This document shows, one piece after another, positions 58,676-64,000 of a DNA stretch of 64,000 bases. Source of the DNA: Candidatus Parcubacteria bacterium (GTDB lineage Bacteria > Patescibacteriota > Minisyncoccia > Phycocordibacterales > UBA6065). The stretch spans positions 31,365 to 95,364 of the forward strand of contig JBDKKJ010000002.1 in the NCBI GenBank assembly GCA_039796155.1. The letters are read 5' to 3'. The notes under the pieces are model-generated. The model saw only the letters and a program-made list of their open reading frames with translations. It was not told the DNA's origin and did no database searches. The translations under genes and the position numbers were made by a program. The stretch's first letter is position 1; each line of letters opens with the position of its first letter.

Positions 58676-59941
58676 ATGCATCCTACAAAAACCACTCTTC
58701 CAAACGGTGTGCGCATTGTGACTATTCCGATGCAGGGGAATCCAACGGTGACGGTCATGATAAACGTTGCAACAGGAGCCTTTTACGAAACTGCGGAACA
58801 GTCGGGGCTTTCGCATTTTCTTGAACATGTCTGTTTCAAAGGTACAGTAAAGCGACCGTCACCTCGAGATATTACAACTGAGCTCGATTCTATTGGTGCT
58901 GTATACAATGCGTTTACCTCACGTCAGGTAACAGGGTATTGGGCAAAAGCAGATGTGCGACACTTCCTGAAAATTGCAGACGTGTGTGCTGACATCTTTA
59001 AAAATTCTGTTTTTCCTGAAGCTGAAATTAAAAAAGAGAAAGGCGTGGTGATGGGTGAAATCGACATGTATGCAGATGATCCTCAAGAGAAAATTTCTGA
59101 GGCCCTCATAAAACATATGTACAAGGGAGAGCCAGCAGAACGAGATGTGTTGGGAACAAAAGAAACTGTCGGAGCAATCACTCGCGACGCTATCGTTGCA
59201 TATCAAAAGTCTCAGTACACGGGCCCAAACACAGTTATTACTATCGCCGGAGGAATAGGTGAAAAAGAAATGATTGCCTGGGCAACTGAAACTTTTTCTG
59301 ACCTTTCAAATATACCTGCGCAACCAGAGTTTCTTACACACGACAGGGAACAAGCTGGGCCCGAGACGGTCTTTATTGATAAAGACACTGATCAGGCGCA
59401 TATTATTTTGTCGTGGAGAACTTTCCCGCACGAGAGTAACGATCGTTATGTGGCACGAGTTATCACAAACATTTTGCGTGGTGGTATGAGTTCACGCCTC
59501 TTTATAAAACTTCGCGAGGAGATGGGTTCTGGGTACTACATCGGTGCCGGCCATCATACATACAAGAGCTTTGGTTCTTTTGCTATATCTACTGGGACGA
59601 CATCAGAACGTGTTGTTGAAATCATCGATGCAATTCTCAAAGAGACTGAAAAACTTAAAAATGAACTCGTATCAGACACCGAATTTTCAAAGATTAAAGA
59701 ATTCATGCGAGCTCACAGAATAATGGGTCTTGAAACATCTGATGATGTGGCTGATTTCTATGCAGATCAAGAAGTTATAAACGGCACCATGCTGGAGCCC
59801 TCAGATTTTGAAAAAATATACGAGGCAATTTCACTAGAAGATATTATGCGTGTTGCCCGAATTATTTTTGACTCTAAAAAGCTCACCGTTGCTGTTATTG
59901 GAAAGGGGATAGATAAAGAAGGGATAAAAAAAGTTTTGTAG
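58676..59941 (+). CDS. M16-family zinc peptidase
   Basis: HFLEH inverted zincin motif, NAFT, MSSRLF..LRE. Confidence 0.93.
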   Translation: MHPTKTTLPNGVRIVTIPMQGNPTVTVMINVATGAFYETAEQSGLSHFLEHVCFKGTVKRPSPRDITTELDSIGAVYNAFTSRQVTGYWAKADVRHFLKIADVCADIFKNSVFPEAEIKKEKGVVMGEIDMYADDPQEKISEALIKHMYKGEPAERDVLGTKETVGAITRDAIVAYQKSQYTGPNTVITIAGGIGEKEMIAWATETFSDLSNIPAQPEFLTHDREQAGPETVFIDKDTDQAHIILSWRTFPHESNDRYVARVITNILRGGMSSRLFIKLREEMGSGYYIGAGHHTYKSFGSFAISTGTTSERVVEIIDAILKETEKLKNELVSDTEFSKIKEFMRAHRIMGLETSDDVADFYADQEVINGTMLEPSDFEKIYEAISLEDIMRVARIIFDSKKLTVAVIGKGIDKEGIKKVL

Positions 59942-59954
59942 TATCATTAGCGTT

Positions 59955-61055
59955 ATGAAAGACACTCGAATAGAAATAACCACAGGTACTATAGTTAAGG
60001 CCATTCTTTTGGTTATATTGGCCATTGTGGTTTTTACGCTGAAGGACCTTGTTCTTGTAGTCCTTACGGCAGTGGTTATTGCATCTTCTGTTGAGCCTTT
60101 TATTCAATGGTTTATGAAGCATGGTATATACCGTGTCTTTTCTGCGCTCATTGTTTATATAATCATAGCTGGTGTTTTGGTAGGTTCTTTCTACACTGTT
60201 GTTCCACAACTTTTGCAGGATTCATCTGAATTTTTGAGTAAGGTTCCTCAATATCTCGAATCTTCTTCACTGTGGAACCCTCTCGATGAAGAAACGACCG
60301 ATCGATCAAAGACCGTCGCAACAAACATGGTGCAGGGGATTGCAGAGTCTCGGCAGGCATTGAGCACAGTTAACAACACTTCTTCTATTCAGGGTGTGGT
60401 CACCAGCATTAATGAAGCGATAAATTCTGTGTCAGCTGGGTTTGTTCATTCCGCTAGTTCGATTTTTGGAGGTATTCTTTCATTTATTTTGATCGCGGTG
60501 CTTTCTTTCTACCTTGCAGTACAAGAAGATGGGGTTGAGAAGTTTTTGCGTATAGTTATTCCTGACAAAAATGAGAGCTATGTAATTAACCTCTGGAAGA
60601 GAACACAGGTAAAGATAGGGCTCTGGATGCAGGGGCAAATTGTGCTGGCGCTACTCGTGGGTATTTTGGTATACCTTGTGCTCATGGTTGTGGGCGTCCG
60701 CAATGCACTTCTCTTTGCGGTGCTTGCGGCGGTGATGGAAACCATTCCGTTGTTTGGACCAATTATTGCAGCGGTGCCTGCGGTGGCGGTCTCATACAAC
60801 GACATGGGCGCTTCGTCAGCATTAATTGTAGGTATCTTGTATCTCGTCATCCATCAGTTTGAAAATCACTTGATTTATCCTCTTGTGGTAAAGAAGATTG
60901 TGGGTGTTCCACCAATACTTGTTATCCTGTCGCTCTTGGTCGGATTTAAGCTCGCTGGATTCCTTGGAATCATTCTTTCTGTACCTGTGTCGGCGATGCT
61001 TGTTGAATTTCTCGATGACCTCCAAAAGGATAAGAAGGCGGCAAAGCCTCTCTAA
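59955..61055 (+). CDS. AI-2E-family transporter
   Basis: IP..GP, Q.EN.LI.P, G.LG..L.VP. Confidence 0.9.
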   Translation: MKDTRIEITTGTIVKAILLVILAIVVFTLKDLVLVVLTAVVIASSVEPFIQWFMKHGIYRVFSALIVYIIIAGVLVGSFYTVVPQLLQDSSEFLSKVPQYLESSSLWNPLDEETTDRSKTVATNMVQGIAESRQALSTVNNTSSIQGVVTSINEAINSVSAGFVHSASSIFGGILSFILIAVLSFYLAVQEDGVEKFLRIVIPDKNESYVINLWKRTQVKIGLWMQGQIVLALLVGILVYLVLMVVGVRNALLFAVLAAVMETIPLFGPIIAAVPAVAVSYNDMGASSALIVGILYLVIHQFENHLIYPLVVKKIVGVPPILVILSLLVGFKLAGFLGIILSVPVSAMLVEFLDDLQKDKKAAKPL

Positions 61056-61101
61056 ACTTTGTTAGACTTTTCACCTGTAAACCTATAGTCTTAATCTATC
61101 T

Positions 61102-62562
61102 ATGAAAAAGCCTTTTTATATCACCACTACACTTCCGTACGTGAATGCAGAACCTCATGTTGGTTTTGCTATGGAAATCATTCGTGCGGATGTCATAGCT
61201 CGCTACAAGACGATTTCAGGCTTTGATGTCTTCTTTAACACTGGTACTGACGAACATGGCCAGAAGCTTTTTGAAGCAGCTGAGAAAGAAGGGATACCAG
61301 TAAAGACATATGTTGATAAGCATGCTGCACGGTTCCGTGAGCTTTTGCCAAAGCTCGGTATCAGTTCAGGCATTCACTTTATCCGAACGACTGATGCACA
61401 TCACGAAAAAGCTGCTCAGGAATTCTGGATGCGAGTCTACAACAATGGTTTTATATACAAAAAAAACTACAAGACAAAATACTGTGTTGGTTGTGAGGAA
61501 AATAAAACAGATTCAGAGCTTGTGAATGGACGTTGTGCGATTCATCAGAATCGCGACCTTGAGATTCGTGACGAAGAAAACTATTTCTTTAAATTTTCTG
61601 AGTTTGGCGACAAATTGATTGCGCTTTATGACGCACGAAAGTTCCAAGTCGTACCGGAGTTTCGCCTTAATGAAATGCGAGAGTTTATAAAGAGAGGGCT
61701 TGAAGACTTTAGTATTTCACGACTCAAAACAAAGATGGCGTGGGGTGTACCTGTTCCAAACGACGCAGATCACGTCATGTATGTGTGGTTTGATGCGCTC
61801 GTAAGCTATATTTCAACGTTGGGTTGGCCAGAGAAGTCTGTTGATTTTGAAAAGTTCTGGAAGAACGGAACACCGGTGCAGTACTGTGGTAAAGACAATA
61901 CGCGATTCCAGTCTGTGATGTGGCAAGCAATGCTTTTAGCAGCTGAACTTCCTTCGACGAATACGGTGGTGGTGAATGGTTTCGTAACAGGGGATGGAGG
62001 TGTAAAAATGTCGAAGTCACTCGGCAATGTAATCAATCCTTTTGATGTTGTTACTGAATATGATGCGGTGACCAACGGTCGCGGTGATGAGGTTCTACGC
62101 TATTTCGTATGTCGCGAGATCGGATCTTTTGAAGATTCTCCGTTTACTATGGAACGGTTCAAGGGTGCGTATAACACGGCGCTTGCTAATGGGTTGGGGA
62201 ATCTTGTTTCTCGTGTCATGAAGATGGCGACAACCAATCTTGAGGCGCCAGTACAGATTTCAGATGACGTACTTTCTCCCGAATTTAAAAAAGCTCTTGA
62301 TGGATTTGATATTCAGGCGGCGGTAAACGTTATTTGGAAACACATTACTGATGCTGATCAGATGATTCAGGAGAAGGCTCCTTTTAAACTCGTAAAGACA
62401 GATAAAGCTGCCGCGCAGGAGATTATTAGTGATCTTGTACGTCGTGTGCATGCGATTGCTGTAATGCTTGAAGTGGTGATGCCGCAGACTGCAAAAACTG
62501 TTCAAAAGCTTGTTACTGAACACAAAATGCCTGATGCGCCGCTTTTCATGCGAAAGGATTAG
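61102..62562 (+). CDS. metG: methionine--tRNA ligase (no C-terminal OB domain)
   Basis: YVN..PH.G, GTDEHG.K, YVWFDAL, KMSKS. Confidence 0.96.
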   Translation: MKKPFYITTTLPYVNAEPHVGFAMEIIRADVIARYKTISGFDVFFNTGTDEHGQKLFEAAEKEGIPVKTYVDKHAARFRELLPKLGISSGIHFIRTTDAHHEKAAQEFWMRVYNNGFIYKKNYKTKYCVGCEENKTDSELVNGRCAIHQNRDLEIRDEENYFFKFSEFGDKLIALYDARKFQVVPEFRLNEMREFIKRGLEDFSISRLKTKMAWGVPVPNDADHVMYVWFDALVSYISTLGWPEKSVDFEKFWKNGTPVQYCGKDNTRFQSVMWQAMLLAAELPSTNTVVVNGFVTGDGGVKMSKSLGNVINPFDVVTEYDAVTNGRGDEVLRYFVCREIGSFEDSPFTMERFKGAYNTALANGLGNLVSRVMKMATTNLEAPVQISDDVLSPEFKKALDGFDIQAAVNVIWKHITDADQMIQEKAPFKLVKTDKAAAQEIISDLVRRVHAIAVMLEVVMPQTAKTVQKLVTEHKMPDAPLFMRKD

Positions 62563-62567
62563 TAAAG

Positions 62568-62599
62568 ATAAAAGCCGCGCCTTACGGCGCGGCTTTTAT
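62568..62599. terminator. bidirectional terminator
   Basis: ATAAAAGCCGCGCC-TTAC-GGCGCGGCTTTTAT. Confidence 0.75.
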
Positions 62600-62661
62600 T
62601 TCCCAGTTTCATCACCGAGCCAATCTTAATAAATTTCAGGTGACTATTCAAGTGTCGTGTA

Positions 62662-62731
62662 TGGACATGACGGGGATCGAACCCGAACTCCCCAGGTGAT
62701 GAAACTGGAGGTCTGAGCCATCAGCATGCCC
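62662..62731 (-). ncRNA. non-canonical tRNA-like element
   Basis: Reverse complement GGGCATG-CTGA TGGC TCAG-AC-CTCCAG TTTCATCAC CTGGGG-AGTT-CGGG TTCGATC CCCG-T-CATGTCC-A. Confidence 0.6.
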
Positions 62732-62839
62732 ATGACGTAAGACAATCAATCTTCGTCTAGAATGATGATATAAAAGCAGAGTTAAAATCTTTATAAAAAG
62801 TTACTGGCTTTTTTGCACTACTCCACGTATTCTTTTTAC

Positions 62840-63733
62840 ATGCAAGAAAAACCTCTCTACATAGACATACACGCTCATACGAACTTTACAGCCTTTGATG
62901 CTGATAGGGCAGAGGTGATTAAACGCGCTCTCGATGCTTCTGTGTGGATGATAAATATTGGAACTCAGCAGGCTACTTCAAAAAAAGCGGTGGAGATGAC
63001 ACATGAATTTCCCGTGGGTGTGTATGCGATTGTCGGACTTCATCCTGTGCATGTAAATCCGTCGTTTCATGATGTTGAAGAATTGGGAGAGGGAGGAAAG
63101 GTGTTTACGTCACGAGGGGAAAACTTTGATATTGAATTTTATCGCAAGCTTATTGCCGATGATCGTGCAAAAGGTAAAAGTAAGATTGTGGGCATTGGAG
63201 AGTGCGGTTTGGACTTTTACCGTATGCCAACCGAACTCGAACGTACAAGGCAAATAGAAGCTTTCAGGGGTCAGATAGAGCTGGCTTTAGAATGCGATTT
63301 ACCGCTCATGCTTCACGTTAGACAGGCTTATAGCGAGGTGCTCGACATACTTACCGAATACCGTGAAAAGCTCAGCCAAGGCCATTTTAAAGGCTGGGGG
63401 CCAGAACGATTGCGGGGAGATTGTCACTTCTTTGCAGGTAGTGTCGATGACGCACGAGCGTTTCTCGCTCTTGGTTTTCATTTGTCATTTACCGGCGTCG
63501 CAACATTTGCCAAGCAGTATACCGAGCTCATCAACGCGACGCCGGTCGAACGCATCATGTCTGAAACCGATTGTCCCTATGTCGCACCGGTGCCAGAACG
63601 AGGTAAAAGAAACGAACCTTCCTTTGTAATTCATATCGCACACAAGATTGCTGACATCAAAGGTGGTCACATTGATGATGTAAAACGACAACTCGTACAA
63701 AACGCCTTTAACCTTTTTAAATTGACAGTCTAG
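62840..63733 (+). CDS. tatD: TatD-family hydrolase
   Basis: D.H.H, GLHP, IGECGLD, LH.R, ETD.PY..P..RG.RNEP. Confidence 0.93.
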   Translation: MQEKPLYIDIHAHTNFTAFDADRAEVIKRALDASVWMINIGTQQATSKKAVEMTHEFPVGVYAIVGLHPVHVNPSFHDVEELGEGGKVFTSRGENFDIEFYRKLIADDRAKGKSKIVGIGECGLDFYRMPTELERTRQIEAFRGQIELALECDLPLMLHVRQAYSEVLDILTEYREKLSQGHFKGWGPERLRGDCHFFAGSVDDARAFLALGFHLSFTGVATFAKQYTELINATPVERIMSETDCPYVAPVPERGKRNEPSFVIHIAHKIADIKGGHIDDVKRQLVQNAFNLFKLTV

Positions 63734-63812
63734 AATGGGGGAGTAGTATCAGTTCTGAGAAGCCGTGAATTTCTTCACGACTACAGTTAACCCTTGATCC
63801 AGAACTATTCGG

Positions 63813-63965
63813 ATGAATGACCAAGAGTCAAACACTGACCAATGGAAACGGTTCAAGAACCGACCCGAGGACAAGGCCCCTCTTTGGCTCCTTATTCTCC
63901 TGGGTATCCTCCTTGTTGGAGGGGAGGTGGGTGTGTTTGGTTTTACCCACGGTTGGTTCCGCTGA
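63813..63965 (+). CDS. putative 50-aa single-TM protein (not in ORF track)
   Basis: MNDQESNTDQWKRFKNRPEDKAPLWLLILLGILLVGGEVGVFGFTHGWFR; followed by GC hairpin at window end. Confidence 0.45.
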   Translation: MNDQESNTDQWKRFKNRPEDKAPLWLLILLGILLVGGEVGVFGFTHGWFR

Positions 63966-64000
63966 TACCGTATTCGCGCCCGCCTTCTAGGCGGGCGCTT

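Noticed and set aside
11397-62839. Long ORF-track starts for dnaA, tsaE, yebC, dCMP deaminase, dut and tatD
   Set aside because: Downstream ATGs fit family N-termini and, for several, the -10/N6 spacing
481-63700. Numerous antisense or overlapping ORFs in the track (for example 481..1032, 30047..30634, 31005..31562, 46507..47007)
   Set aside because: Shadows of well-supported genes with no recognisable motifs
1-64000. Second VR, CRISPR array or rRNA
   Set aside because: None noticed by eye; the 33418-33569 motifs are too short and irregular for CRISPR. A computational scan would be needed to exclude a remote VR

Overview
Bacterial chromosome segment that looks like Patescibacteria/CPR (Parcubacteria-like). 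This is inferred from gene content: VirB4/PrgI/pilin cluster next to yidC-rnpA-rpmH-dnaA-dnaN, alpha2-type GlyRS, short MetRS, tandem ThyX, rplK without rplA, and tRNA-Arg(GCG). It spans the probable oriC and is mostly housekeeping. The main accessory feature is a ~6-kb island just 3' of tRNA-Lys(TTT), about 27.66-33.67 kb. It carries an AlbA_2/Schlafen-like ATP-binding protein, a large serine recombinase and a complete diversity-generating retroelement (DGR). By manual alignment, VR 31370-31494 and TR 31892-32016 match over 125 bp with 18 mismatches, all at TR adenines. The DGR layout is unusual: avd is inverted between TR and RT, the avd and RT ATGs overlap in one CATG, and a G9 tract sits in the RT N-terminus as a possible phase switch. 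Other points of interest are a non-canonical tRNA-like element with a built-in antisense copy (62.6-62.7 kb), an orphan promoter-hairpin-terminator ncRNA (21.5-21.7 kb), a histidine-phosphatase domain inside IleRS, a thymidylate cluster with two N-deoxyribosylhydrolase-like genes, and a recurrent leaderless-mRNA signature. All family calls come from motif recognition; no database search was run.
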